Under the pieces are notes generated by a model. It had not been told where the DNA came from. It saw only the letters and a program-made list of their open reading frames with translations, and ran no database searches. DNA of 64,000 nt. It comes from Octopus sinensis (taxonomy: Eukaryota). Location: assembly GCF_006345805.1 (NCBI RefSeq), contig NC_042997.1:166222001-166286000 (forward strand), in the 5' to 3' direction. Below, one piece after another: positions 11,491 through 24,371 of the stretch (position 1 is the first letter of the stretch; every line of letters starts with the position of its first letter). The position numbers and the translations under genes are program-made.

Positions 11491-11753
11491 GGTCCTAGGA
11501 GAATTCGTCTACAACAATTCATCTACAACAGTTTGTCTGTGTGTGCTTGCATGTGACTGTGTGTGTGGTTGTATGTATGTGTGATTGTATGTGCATGTGT
11601 ATGTGTGGTTGTATGTCTGAGTGTGTGGTTGTATATGTGTGTGTGTCTGGTCGTATGTGTATGTGTGTGGTTGTAGGTGAATTGCATCTGTAGATAAATT
11701 GCTGTAGTGGAACTGTTGGAGATGAATTGTTGTAGACAAATTCGCCGAATACC
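11491..11753. mobile_element. MULE-type MITE, 263 bp
   Basis: 9-bp TSD ctctacaac (11482-11490 / 11754-11762). TIRs gg...gaattcgtctacaacaattcatctacaacag / ctgttggagatgaattgttgtagacaaattcgccgaatacc. Confidence 0.8.
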
Positions 11754-12369
11754 CTCTACAACAGTGCATGACCTTTGTTCCATGTCTCACAGAACAATAT
11801 CAGGTCTGTTATGCGTGCATTAAATTTCTGTTTTTTTTTTTTTGTGTTCCATCAGTATTCTTTGTTTTTAAAGGTGTAAATACATGCTGCTTCTGATATG
11901 TCTTTGATGTATACGTCAGGACAAGCCTTCCTGCGGATAGCGTTGTTAATTGTCTTTACAACTATATCATGTATGGATGTACGTACATACATATGTGTAA
12001 AAACTAACACTTCTTTCCTCCAAGCTTAGATTCGAAACCGAATCTAAGGATTCTTGCTTGTCTGAGCCACCACGAAGGAACAGGCGCGAAAAGAAATTTT
12101 CTTTGTCCTGTTAAAAAATTATAAATCATCTTCCTTCGACCTGGCTGCTGCTGGGTCGAGATTTCATCTCTTTCTCATATTCATTGCATCTTTAGCACAA
12201 GCCCATAAGAGATGTTATCTCAGGGCAAATACTACAGTAACTGGCCTTTCGACAGAGGGGGTACATTAAGTATGATGCATAGATAGTTACTAAAACTATA
12301 ATCCGGGTGAAGTAACAGGAGGTTTCTTATTAGTTCGTCATAAATGTTTCCTTTAAAACTTATCTTTAA

Positions 12370-14818
12370 GAGTCGCTTCGCGGGTCAGAGTATTACTTTT
12401 TGTAGAACTTTAAAATACTGAATTGTCGCAAACTGAATAATAAACGGGGCAATTTGATTGGTTCAAATTAATATATCAAAAAGACCACACAGGTAGTCCC
12501 TATTTTGATTTTACTTCACCCAATTGGCAGTTATGTCAGAATTATCATGTACTTGCAAAAATGGTAGACGTATTAGTTGTCAAGAATGTTACAGATGTGG
12601 ATGTACATGTCGTGGAGATAATAAACGCAAGCGGTCGATTATGAGTCGGGAGTATTATTAATGTATGATAATTTTGCACGTCTGAAGACTGTTGTTGCTA
12701 CCAGTGCCGAATCAGAATCTTTGAATGCTATTGTTAATGGTTTAGAAGCTTACATTAAGACAACCTATGATGGACACATTTCTACATGTAGTATCATAGA
12801 TAAAGAGTTTTCTTTATCCATCTCTGGAGCAGAAATGAAACAACATGGTGTTTTTTGCTTCCCCAAGCATGTAATACAATATATTAAATGGCATATGAGC
12901 CCAGAACATGAAATTCTATTGAATGATGCTATGGAAAAATTATATCCTTTATTTGATCATCGTGTGAGAGTACTTCATCAATGCAATAGGATTGATGAAA
13001 TTATGATCAATTTACATTTAGAAGATGCTATGGTTGTTATGGATTTCAAAATGAAATTCGAAGCTATATACTATAGGGGAAAAACTACAGATTTTTACGG
13101 GAAAAAGCTACAGATTTTTACGGTACTGAAAATTTAAAGGATTATCGTATTACTTACTTCGATCACATTTCTACCAAGGATAGTAAACAAGACTATGTGA
13201 CTGTTATGTCCTATTTTAATGCAGTATGTAGACAAATATCAACCAAGTTTCCATACATTCGAAATCTTTATGTACAATCTGACAACGCAAGATGTTATAA
13301 GAGAAACTTGTTGTTTACATGATATAAAATTGCAGATAGATACAACCTTCAACTTTGTACTTTTGTACACTGGTGTACAAGATGGTAAAGGCAGTATCGA
13401 CGCTCATTTTGCTACAGCTATGAGGCATGTGTATATGCATTGTAATATGGGTTCAGATGTTGTAACTCCTATTGAATTAGGCGATGTAAGCAATATAGTG
13501 TCAGAATTGGTTGATATTAATAGGCCGTTTGAACAGGAATACTTGGAGATAATTGGTAAATTGCAAAACATAGGTGATCATATGGAGGTACAGTTTGATT
13601 CGATGAGAAATTCTGCTTCAGTTTATGAAAATTCGAACTAATCATTGACAGCAACTTACAACCTTATCAGTGGCACCATAAACGACGTAAATTAAGGAAA
13701 TTGTGAAAGCAAATCCGATGAAGAAGATTGTGCTTCCAATAAAAATGAAATATTTGATACAGACACTGTTGAAGATATTGGTGTTGTAGAGAAAGGTAGA
13801 GGCAGCTTAACAAAATGTATTGTTTATGGTGTTGAGGGGAATATCCCAGAGAAGCATCGTATTGGACTTGCTGTAGCATCAAATATTAATGATTTGGATA
13901 TGGAATCAGACGATGAAAATCCCCTTCAATGTAATTTATGTCGTAGGGAATTTGCAATTGCCTACAAAATGGAAATCCATAATTGCATGGGAGCCTTAAG
14001 ACAACAAGATTTAATCAGTCAAGCTATTGTTTATGCTAAAGATATATATGAACAGCATCAATTTGAGGTGATTAATACTAGTTCAAATGTTGAAGAGCTT
14101 AAGATGTTTGATCCCATTCATGAAGTGATCCAGCATAATAATGAGTATTGTGGATTTGAAACAGGATGGGCAAGAACAAGAAAGTACGGTAATAAGTATG
14201 GTCGAAAGTATGTGGATTCATTTAAACAAGAAATTATTGATATGTTTATAATTTGGGTAATGAAAACGAAGCTATGAAACGAGATCGAGGTAAAATGTTA
14301 GTGGAGCTTAAACCTAAACATCCTGGGCGTTTGGATTTACTATCAGAAACAGAAATTCGAACTGTTATTTCATCCTTGATGGCAAAAAAAAAAGGGACAA
14401 ACAGCATTGTATAATGCTAGCCGTGGAATTCATGAGCCATTCAAGTCAACAGTGCTGGAAATATTTCGGGAAGATCCTAATATTACCCCACGCAGGGCAT
14501 GGGAATTGTTCCAACAAAGACATCCTCCACACGATGATATATCCACGTATCCAACTGAGGCAAAGATAAAGAGCAAAATATCTTCTTTAAAGGTTAAGTA
14601 TAGGAAAACAGGTGAAATACCTTAAAGATTTAAAGAAAACATTGTAACTTTTCGAAAAATTGACATTTTCGAGAAAATAAAGTACTTTCGAGAATTTTAT
14701 AAATATACGACACAAAATATATAATACTGCAGCTATAGCACGATTTTACAGAGTTTTGGTAGTTTAGGTCTCTACAAAACTGGGCCAAACTTCCATACTC
14801 TGAGTCATGTAACGATTC
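12370..14818 (+). mobile_element. Sola3-like DNA transposon, decayed
   Basis: TTAA at 12366-12369 and 14819-14822. Termini GAGTCG...cagagtat / atactctga...cgaTTC form a CpG-decayed TIR. TTAA TSD with GAG...CTC ends is the described Sola3 signature. Confidence 0.7.
12533..14625 (+). pseudogene. Frameshifted DDE-type transposase of the Sola3-like element
   Basis: Co-oriented ORF pieces 12661-13137, 13219-13641, 13894-14277 and 14407-14625. Motifs VVMDFKMKFEAIYYR.KTTDFYGKK, VQDGKGSIDAHFATA, a CNLC...HNC zinc finger and GWARTRKYG..YG. Confidence 0.7.
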
Positions 14819-16164
14819 TTAAAATTATGTTAACTGCTAGGCAATTCATTTCCACAACTGTGCGCGCTATCTTTTCTCTATTTCAGATCATTATAGCTGG
14901 TATGTTATGTGTTCACTTAACTGTGCTTTTGAACCATTTCACAAGTATTCATTCATATTTTGAGTGATTATATCCTACCACGTCACTATAGCTTTTTTAT
15001 GTTTATCTTTAGGATTTCCTTTAATACAAATTGCAATGTTAAATATTTTGATCACATCATTAAGCTCCATTTGTAGATTTTATTGTCATGACAATTTCTG
15101 CCTGGGTGCTTAAAGAAGTATAAAATAATCTGCTTCTTCGTGAATATTAAACCATTTCAAGAACTTTGTGCAATGCTTTGTTGAATTCAACTGTTAATGT
15201 TTATGAGATGAGTACCTCCATATTTAGAAGCCGATATGTTTTGAAGAAACCAACATGTCTTGAACACATTAAGATTTCGCTGCTCTACAACCGAAACAGA
15301 ACCTTTTCTATGGAGATTACCATAGATGGGTTACCTTCCATGAACATTTCTTTTCTCAAGATAAACCAATACAAAATCAAAAAACATCTTGACCCCTTGT
15401 AATGTGTAGCATTTTTTCATTGACGAAAAAGAAAAGAAAACTAATTGATTTTTGTCTACATCAATAAATTGGGCTAATGTCAGTTAATTCGTATATACAT
15501 ACATATATATATGACCAGATTCATATATACATATTTATATATTTATGCATATACACATACGCACTCAGACACACATATACACATGCATATGAGTGTCTAC
15601 GCGTGCATGTGTGTGTGTGTATGTGTGTGTATGTCAGTAATTGTGATTGTTATTCTTAGACAAGGCCGATTACCACAGCTTGTGGACGTCTTCTGATATA
15701 CTGAAGCTATGAAATAAAAATATAGTTAAAGGTGTTGTTTAAAAACGAGGTCATAATTGCCTTGTAACAGAAACGTTTCAAAAGAGTAATGTACCGTCTT
15801 CCCTTTTAAGGAATAATATTTTATTTAAGCGATATACAAACATTAAAGCGAATACTAATTTCATGACGTCATAACGTATAGTTCCCTGTTCGAAGATAAA
15901 CTGAACGATTGCACACGAAGCTCTCATCAAAGCATAACTTTCCCTACGGAATCAGAGGACCATTGAATAGAGAAAGACTATACTTGCCACATCACCAACT
16001 GAGAGAACTCCTGAGCCTTTGGGCCCACATGCTTAAAAACGAACTCCTTAACTGTACACCCTTGCCAGAACACATACATACATACATACATACATACATA
16101 CATACATACATACATACATACATACATACATACATACATACATAAATACATACATGTATTATTT

Positions 16165-16480
16165 TTCTTTGAGTTTTAAGTTCTTAAGAGAGTTCAAGCT
16201 GGTTACTAACAAAGCGACAAGAATTTTTGTGTTAAGAGAGCTCCTGGTGTTTGTAAATATATGGTTGAGTTGGTGTGTTGGCTGAACTGCCGATGCATAC
16301 GTTCAAGTGTGTGCATCTATTCACATAGGAATCTCGGATGAAGAATTTTGGGAATGTCTTACAAATCTTCACTGTACCACTAATAGATTGGATTTGAAGA
16401 ATCTGTGACAATTTCTTTCGGTCATTCTCCGCGAAATGGAGTATTTCTAGGTTTTTGTGCAAATTAGTTGGTGCATAACC
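16165..16480 (-). mobile_element. RLE-type LINE 3' fragment, same family as 11035-11380
   Basis: Minus strand ALGYAPTNLHKNLEILHFAENDRKKLSQILQIQSISGTVKICKTF; clearly homologous at DNA level to 11050-11365. Confidence 0.75.
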
Positions 16481-16538
16481 TAATGCACATATGACGTATG
16501 TATATATGTATGTATATATTTGTATGTATATGTATGTG

Positions 16539-16583
<45 letters not shown>

Positions 16584-16897
16584 GTGTGTGTGTGTGATAT
16601 GTGTGTATAACTGCAGATATTCGTATCTACTATGCATTCATATATAAATATATAAACATATACATGTATATACCAAAGTGGGCGTTAACGTACATGACGC
16701 AGTACACCAAAATATTTCAGTTAATTAAAGTTAATTAAATATGGAATGCAATATAAATACACATATACTCATGTATGTGTGTGTACGTACATATATGTGT
16801 GCGCGTGTGAGGGGGTGTATCTATGTTTGTATACATACACCTGCACGCGCATACATACATGCGTACATACATAAATATATACGTGTATGTATATGTA

Positions 16898-16947
<50 letters not shown>

Positions 16948-16956
16948 ATATATATA

Positions 16957-17593
16957 TACAAGATAAGAAAATGGAGAAATACATCTAAATCAAATATCAA
17001 TTATCAGATAATACTCAATCACATACTTTATTAAACCACCACATAAGAGACTATAGGGTTAAACATAAAAAGGCAGAACAAATCAGTGTACATAAAGGAA
17101 TGTACATAAAAAAGTGTACATAAAAGAGTAATATTGTATAATAAGTAGAATATATATAAAAAAGAGAATATAAATATAAGTAAATATAAATATAAGTATA
17201 GATTACATCTTACAGCTGTTTCGGCCATGTAGATAATTATGTCTCATTTTACCAATATTAGCCTATTATGGTAGGTCACCATTATAGGCTAATATTGGTA
17301 AAATGAGACATAATTATCTACATGGCCGAAACAGCTGTAAGATGTAATCTATACTTATATTTATATTTACTTATATTTATATTCTCTTTTTTATATATAT
17401 TCTACTTATTATAAAACATTACTCTTTTATGTACACTTTTTTATGTACATTCCTTTATGTACACTGATTTGTTCTGCTTTTTTATGTTTAACCCTACAGT
17501 CTCTTATGTGGTGGTTTAATAAAGTATGTGATTGAGTATTATCTGATAATTGATATTTGATTTAGATGCATTTCTCCATTTTCTTATCTTGTA
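16957..17593. repeat. Near-perfect palindrome, 316-bp arms with 5-bp spacer (inverted Penelope-like pseudo-LTR)
   Basis: 16957-17272 is the reverse complement of 17278-17593 with few mismatches. Arms carry a hammerhead 3' half (ggcc GAAA cagctg TA) and AATAAA. Confidence 0.9.
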
Positions 17594-17762
17594 TTAGTAA
17601 TTGTGGTAAATCATTTTACCTTTGCCCATATAATACAGTAAATGAATTGATTGCATCGCAATCCTTAACATTTATGTATTAACTTTGTTGGGTACTTCAC
17701 TAGCAGTATATTGGATATATGTTATCCCATGGAGGGTTGCATTTACAACCCCTATCTCAATT

Positions 17763-17766
<4 letters not shown>

Positions 17767-17848
<82 letters not shown>

Positions 17849-17866
17849 CATATATATATGTGTGTG

Positions 17867-17946
<80 letters not shown>

Positions 17947-17967
17947 ATTATATATAGAGAGAGAGAT

Positions 17968-18009
<42 letters not shown>

Positions 18010-18031
18010 CACATACATACAATATATATAC

Positions 18032-18075
<44 letters not shown>
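17767..18075. repeat. ~300-bp interrupted (TA)n microsatellite
   Basis: Directly visible. Confidence 0.95.
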
Positions 18076-18078
<3 letters not shown>

Positions 18079-19234
18079 GCATCATCATCATCATACTTTA
18101 ACATCCGCTTTCCATTCTGTCATGGGTTGGACGGTTTGACTGAGGGCTGGCGAGCCAAAAGGCTGCACAAGGCTCCAATCTGATCTGGCAAAGTTTCTAC
18201 AGCTGGATGCCCTTCCTAACGCCAGCCACTCCGAGAGTGTACTGGGTGCTTTTACGTGCCGCCGGCACGAGGGCCAGTCAGGCGGCGCTGGCATCGGCCA
18301 CGCTCAAATGGTACTTTTTACGTGCCACCTGCACAAGAGGCAGTTCGGCAGCACTGACAACGACCTCGCTCGAACGATGCTTTTCTCGTGCCGGTGGCAC
18401 GGGAGTCAGTCAGCGGCCCTGGCACCGATCATGCTCGAATGGTGCTTTTAACGTTCCACTGACACGGGTGCAATTCAGGCGGTACTGTTATCGGCCACGA
18501 CAGCGATTTCACTTGCCTCGACAGGTCTTCACAAGCGTAGTTTATTGTCCAATGATTGAAGGGTACTCTTAAATGGGCTGGTTATACAGCACTGCATAAG
18601 TTACGGTTATAGCCTCAATTGGCTTGCCGGGTCTTCTCAAGCACAGCATATCTCCAAAGGTTTCGGTCACTCGTCATTGCCTCGATGAGGCCCAATGTTC
18701 GAGAGTCGTGCTTCACCACCTCATCCCAGGTCTTCCTGAGTTTACTTCTTCCACAAGTTCCCTCAACTGCTAGGGTGTGACACTTTTTCACACAGCTGTC
18801 CTCATCCATTCACAACACATGACTATACCAGCGCAGTCGTCTCTCTTGCACACCACATCTGATGCTTCTTAAGTTCAGCTTTTCTCTCAGGGTGCTTATA
18901 CTCTGTCGTGTATGCACACTGGCATTACACATCCAACGGAGCATACTGGCTTCATTCTTTGCGAGCTTACGCATATCATCAGCAGTCACGGCCCATGTTT
19001 CACTGCCATGTAGCATGGCTGTTTCATACACATGAGTCATACAGTCTACCTTTTACTCTGAGTGGGAGGCTCTTTGTCACCAGCAGAGGTAGGAGCACTT
19101 TGCCTAGGCTATTCTTATTCTAGCAGCTACACTTTCAGAGCTTCCACACCCGCTACTAACTTGGTCACCTAGGTAACGGAAGCTATCAACTACTTGTTTT
19201 TCCCCCTGGAATGTGATGGAAGCTGTTCTCTACA
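18079..19234 (-). mobile_element. RTE-clade LINE, 5'-truncated
   Basis: Minus strand VVDSFRYLGDQVSS...AARIRIA, TAMLHGSETWAVT...MLRWMC...RRLRWYSHV, GRSKLRKTWDEVV. 3' UTR ends in a (GAT)n tail. Confidence 0.92.
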
Positions 19235-19509
19235 TCTATATTGTGTGCGTTTGTAACGCGCATACATATACATACTCATACACAGGACAGCGCGAGCATA
19301 CACATAACCACTCAGACACATGTATGTGTGCGTTTGCTTGTGTAGCTACAGTGAATAAACTCATTGAATAAATTCTTTGAATAAATACGTACATGAATGA
19401 ATCATCCGATAATGTATAATTTATACATACATACATACATACATACATACATACATACATACATACATACATACATACATACATACATACATACCTTTCA
19501 TACATACAT

Positions 19510-20063
19510 GGTAGCTGCCCCCTCCTTATCGAGTATGGCCATTGCACGAAGCTTAATCAATGTTGTTATCGTGCAATGCCTGTGCAAGATGATTTTTTTT
19601 TCAAGTGAGGAAAGGCTGTGTACTGAGTCAATCCCACTCACTCAGCAACATCAGCCATAATCCGAAAAGAAGAACAAGTCAACATCATCGATAACCACTG
19701 AGTCGCAGATTTTATGTTGGAGTTATCGCACTTACCTGAGTTACCTTCTCCTAGAAGGATGCCCTAACAAAGGCTAGGAGTCCTTCACTCCCAATGGTTT
19801 AACCGCGCGATCAGGTATTAGGTCCAATTATTTCTATGTCCCCGCGCATGATACAGCCTTAAGACATTTACTGGATGGCCGTTGACTATCAAGAGTTCTT
19901 CTGCCCTTTGACGGGTTTTGTTTTTCATCCCGCATGGTGACTAGTAAGCACCCTCCTCACCAAGCAAGCTTGGTGAGGTTGCCGGTTTAGTCGCCGACGA
20001 CCCGCCCATACAACAGGTTGTACTGGGTTACATGATACCAGTAGCACTCAAAAGTGACCTGAC
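19510..20063 (-). mobile_element. ~550-bp non-coding element flanked on both sides by (CATA)n, probably RTE-derived
   Basis: Unique GC-richer block between (CATA)n tracts. Minus-strand 'gggcatccttctaggagaaggtaactc' resembles RTE 5' regions. Perfect 11-bp hairpin at 19955-19978. Confidence 0.5.
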
Positions 20064-20297
20064 ATACATACATACATACATTCAAACATACAAACATGCA
20101 AACATATACACTACGTAGACATATATATACAAAGAACTATATACACACATACATGCACACATACATACACTCAGACAAATATATACATGCACATACATAC
20201 ATACATACAGCAATACACGCGCGCATAAACACGCGCACACATGCACACGCGATTATACAAATATGTGTTAATTTCATATTACAAAATAGCATTCAAT

Positions 20298-20533
20298 ATC
20301 TATTTCTTTACTACCCACAAGGGGCTAAACACAGATAGGACAAACAAGGACAGACATACGGATAAAGTCGATTATATCGACCCCAGTGCGTAACTGGTAC
20401 TTATTTAATCGACCCCGAAAGGATGAAAGGCAAAGTCGACCTCGGCGGAATTTGAACTCAGAAAGTAACGGCAGACGAAATGCGGCTACGCATTTCGCCC
20501 GGCGTGCTAACGTTTCTGCCAGCTCGCCGCCTC
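20298..20533 (-). mobile_element. SINE family B
   Basis: Same core as 5447-5848, with head aggcggcgagctggcagaaacgttagc. Confidence 0.9.
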
Positions 20534-20697
20534 AATATCGAACAAAACTCATTCAATCCGTTATATTATTTTCCCTGTAGATGCTCATCAACCAAGCCAG
20601 TTTGGAGAGACCTACAAACGCTATGAACTAGAATAAATGTGAGTAGCAACAGAGTTACAGTGGAGTATATTTTCATAGCGTGACTAGATATATATAT

Positions 20698-20957
20698 ATG
20701 TTTCAGTTATTTGACTGCGGCCATGCTGGAGCACCGCCTAGTACTTATTCTATCGGTCTCTTTTGCCGAACCGCTAAGTTACGGGGATGTAAACACACCA
20801 GCAGCATCGGTTGTCAAGCGATGTTGGGGGGACAAACACAGTTACCAATATACACACATACATATACATATATACGACGGGCTTCTTTTAGTTTCCGTCT
20901 ACCAAATCCACTCACAAGGCTTTGGTTGGCACGAGTCTATAGTAGAATAAACTTGCC
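20698..20957 (-). mobile_element. SINE family A, 5'-truncated
   Basis: Matches the family A body and tail. Confidence 0.85.
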
Positions 20958-20987
20958 CAGCTGGAACTTTCCTAGGCTGGCTGGCTG

Positions 20988-21852
20988 GCCGTGTCACCAT
21001 ATCCTGGTGCCCCAGTAATTACGGGTATAAATTTGAACTTGTAATCCGGGTAGAGTAGCTGTAAATTTCTCAACAATTCAGCGTAGACATTTTCTTTTTC
21101 ACTGGTCCTTCACTTTGTTAACTGCTGGCCAACTGACTTCTACTACTGTACATAGCTTCTTTTGTGTGTGCCAAATCACTACGTCTGGCATATAATGCCA
21201 TTTAATGAAGTTTTCAAGGGGTCATTCCGCCAGTACTCTTTCATAATATGAGTGGTTATAACTTCAACTACACTGTGAGTTCTTGAGTCTTCGATCTCAA
21301 GATTATCCTTCTAAAGGATCTCATTTGTAGATAATAAACGCGATGGCATTTTCGGGCAACTGCTTATGATGTGGGTGAAATCTTCGGTGTTAATTTCACA
21401 AAATTTGCACACGTTATTACATTTTGATGTTATTTAATTTTTCTTCTTGCGTTTCTGTGCCTTCAGTGCATCAGAAACTTGGTTGTTACTTCCTTTTCCT
21501 GGGTTACTAACGCATATCCTTCAAAGTAAGAGTTAATGATGCGGTTGTTGATCCACGGTTGCTTTAACTATCGATGTTACTGTCAATCTGGAGTTTTCTG
21601 CTAACATTTTCATGCAAGATCTTCTGCTGATAAACGCTCATCCTTCCATCTGATGATATATTGCGTTAGAGTCGTGCAACTTCCTTGGGTATGTAGTCGG
21701 TGTTATCAGACAGGGAATATTTCTCAACGAGCTACTTTCCAAGTCTCGTGATGTTATCCGCCTCGTTATTGCAAAATTTATCCATGGATACACTTCGACA
21801 CTCGGCAGTTAAAAGACGTTACCGAAGGGATATGATGTAAGATTCAGAAGTT
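20988..21852 (-). mobile_element. RLE-type LINE fragment (CCHC zinc knuckle plus restriction-like endonuclease)
   Basis: Minus strand FEGYALVTQEKEVTTKFL, CKFCEINTEDFTHIISSC, YMPDVVIWHTQKKLCTVVEVS, KENVYAELLRNLQLLYPDYKFKFIPVITGAPGY. Confidence 0.85.
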
Positions 21853-22029
21853 GTATGTATGTATGTATGTATGTATGTATGTATGTATGTATGTATGTAT
21901 GTATGTATGCATGCATGCATGCATGTATGTATGTATGTATGTATGTATGTATGTATGTTGTATGTATGTATGTATGTATGTATGTATGTATGTATGTATG
22001 TATGTATGTATGTATGCGTGTGTGTATGC

Positions 22030-23230
22030 TGTTTTCTGCTTTTAATTATCAATAATCTTTCTCTGCGGAAGGAGCTGGTTTCTGACAGATATGAAGCTCC
22101 GCCGTTGGAATGGAGATAACAACAACAAATTCACATTTTAAACTTGAGAAAAGTTTTTCATATTTTTACTGTTGCACTCACAATCTGTATTTGTAAAGTG
22201 CGAATTAGGTGATTGATTTATTTTTCTGAAATTCTGGCGTATCCAGATTGAGTCTTAGACATTTACTTACAAAAACAAATGCACCAATTGTTTTTGGTAT
22301 AAATATGAATTTATAACCTGGGTATAGAAGCTGGTGGTTTTGAAGCAGTTGTCCGTAGTTATCTTCTTTCTCTTTGAGATATTCGTCTCAGCAGACAACA
22401 GCATACATACATACAGACTTATATGGTGGTACATACTTTTTATTAACTGTCCCATATAACAATATCCTGCTTGTTATGCTTACATTTGATGGATGTTTTG
22501 ATAGAAATGTTCCACCAATATTGTGAATGTGTTCAATAACAGGGAGATTCTCTATATTTATACCGAGACAATGTTTTTTCGAATAGCATTATATATTGTT
22601 TTAGCGAAGTCATGTTCCTTTGAGAGAGATATTACCTTCATGACATTTTTGGGCGACTGCTAATCACATGTGATGTCTTCCACAGAAATATGACATAATC
22701 TGCATTTTCGGTTGCATTTTGAAGCTCCAAGGGCTTCACTGTCTCTTATTTGCAAGGTGTTTCATAGCAATTTCCGATTCTTGGAATGCAAATGCATAAC
22801 CTTTGAAAGGTAATGTGGTGTAGCGGTCACGAGTCTAAGACTTCATTTCCATATTACTGTCTTTTTTTTTAATGTTATTAATTCAAATATCGCCGAGGTC
22901 GACTTTGCTTTCATCCTTTCTGGGTCGAGAAAATAACTACCATTCGAGCACTGGGATCGATGTAATCAATTATCCTTTTCCCCCAAAATTTCAGATATTC
23001 TACTGTCTTCTTGGTGTCTTCGGGAAATATTCTTATGCATAATCATTTTCTGATATGCTGAGCATTTCACATCCAAGTCTTCTTTGTGGTATGTTAACCC
23101 GGCTGTTTTGCGGTTGTATGGGAGATGATCAGGAAAAGAGTGCTTCTTGAAAACCTCACTGCCGACACGTGGGATGTTGTCCTCTTCATTTTCAGCACTA
23201 AGTTTATGCATTTATTTTTGCTGCTACTGT
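22030..23230 (-). mobile_element. RLE-type LINE, 5'-truncated copy with intact 3' end, interrupted by a SINE
   Basis: Minus strand FKGYAFAFQESEIA, CRLCHISVEDI, KEDNYGQLLQNHQLLYPGYKFIFIPKTIGA, LQIQIVSATVKI. 23000-23210 aligns in translation with 21620-21790. (TATG)n on both sides. Confidence 0.85.
22864..23000 (+). mobile_element. SINE family B fragment inserted in the RLE LINE
   Basis: Family B core. Flanked by the duplicated tactgtctt (22855-22863 / 23001-23009). Confidence 0.75.
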
Positions 23231-23244
23231 GAATGTATATATAC

Positions 23245-23529
23245 ATGTATGTATGTATGTATGTATGTATGTATGTATGTATGTATGTATGTATGTATGT
23301 ATGTATGTATGTATGTATGTGTATGCATGCATGCATGCATATATGTATGTGTGTGTATGTATGCATGTATGGATGGATAGATAGATAGAGAGAAAGAGAG
23401 TATGTGTGCGTATGTATGTATGCATGCATTATGTGTGTGTATGTATGCATGTATGGATGGATGTATGGATGGATGGATGGATGGATAGATAGATAGATAG
23501 CTAGATAGATAGATAGATAGAGAGAGATA

Positions 23530-23570
<41 letters not shown>

Positions 23571-23572
23571 CA
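23245..23572. repeat. Compound (TATG)/(GGAT)/(GATA)/(GA) microsatellite
   Basis: Directly visible. Confidence 0.95.
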
Positions 23573-24371
23573 TTTGATTTTCTCTGTTTTCTTTTGAGTT
23601 CTTTCTGCAATTTTAAATACCATTAAATTAAGATATTCAAATTTTCAATGTTAAACCTCAAAATTAATTTTTAATTATTTTAGAGTTGTACAGTATATTT
23701 ATTTGTACTTAGTTGCTTCACTAATTATAATTATAATTAGATAAAACAGATAGGGCTTTAATTTAGGGCCCTTGTATAATGTATTTTACAAATCCCGCAT
23801 TATGTGGTATGCGAACCAATGATCCTTTGGCCCGTAAATTCACTTCTTACCGACTCATTTACCTACTTATCGTTCATTGATAAATACTTCTGATTATGAA
23901 AAAGTAATTGACCTAATCAAATATTTAGTGAAAAAATATATTAAAATATCGTTGGAGAAGTATATTATTAAATATTATTAAAGAATGTAAGCTGTTAACA
24001 CCACCTAAGATTTTTAACATATTCCAAGAATTTTGAACTTGTCTCAAAAATTTCTCAAACAATTATTCCGGGTGTAGGTTAATTTAACTTCATATTTCAT
24101 AATTCGTTTAATTAATTTTAATTTTTTTGATGGAGTAATGTCGTGGATGCTGTTTCAATACTTGGCAAAAGCCAATTCGCTTCTCTTATGTTGCTAGTCT
24201 CCTTGAGAAAGGCATGAACAACACATATTCTCATTACCCTTTTTTCATAAAATATTGTCTTATGTGTTTAGTGATAAAGAAATTAGTTATACATAATAGC
24301 TCTTTAATAACATCATTATACACTAATTGTTTATCTTTATAAGACTGAAAGTCGATTCTTTTACATATATA

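Noticed and set aside
15166-15402. 78-aa ORF next to the Sola3-like element
   Set aside because: It lies outside the TTAA-bounded element, and no motif was recognised on either strand.
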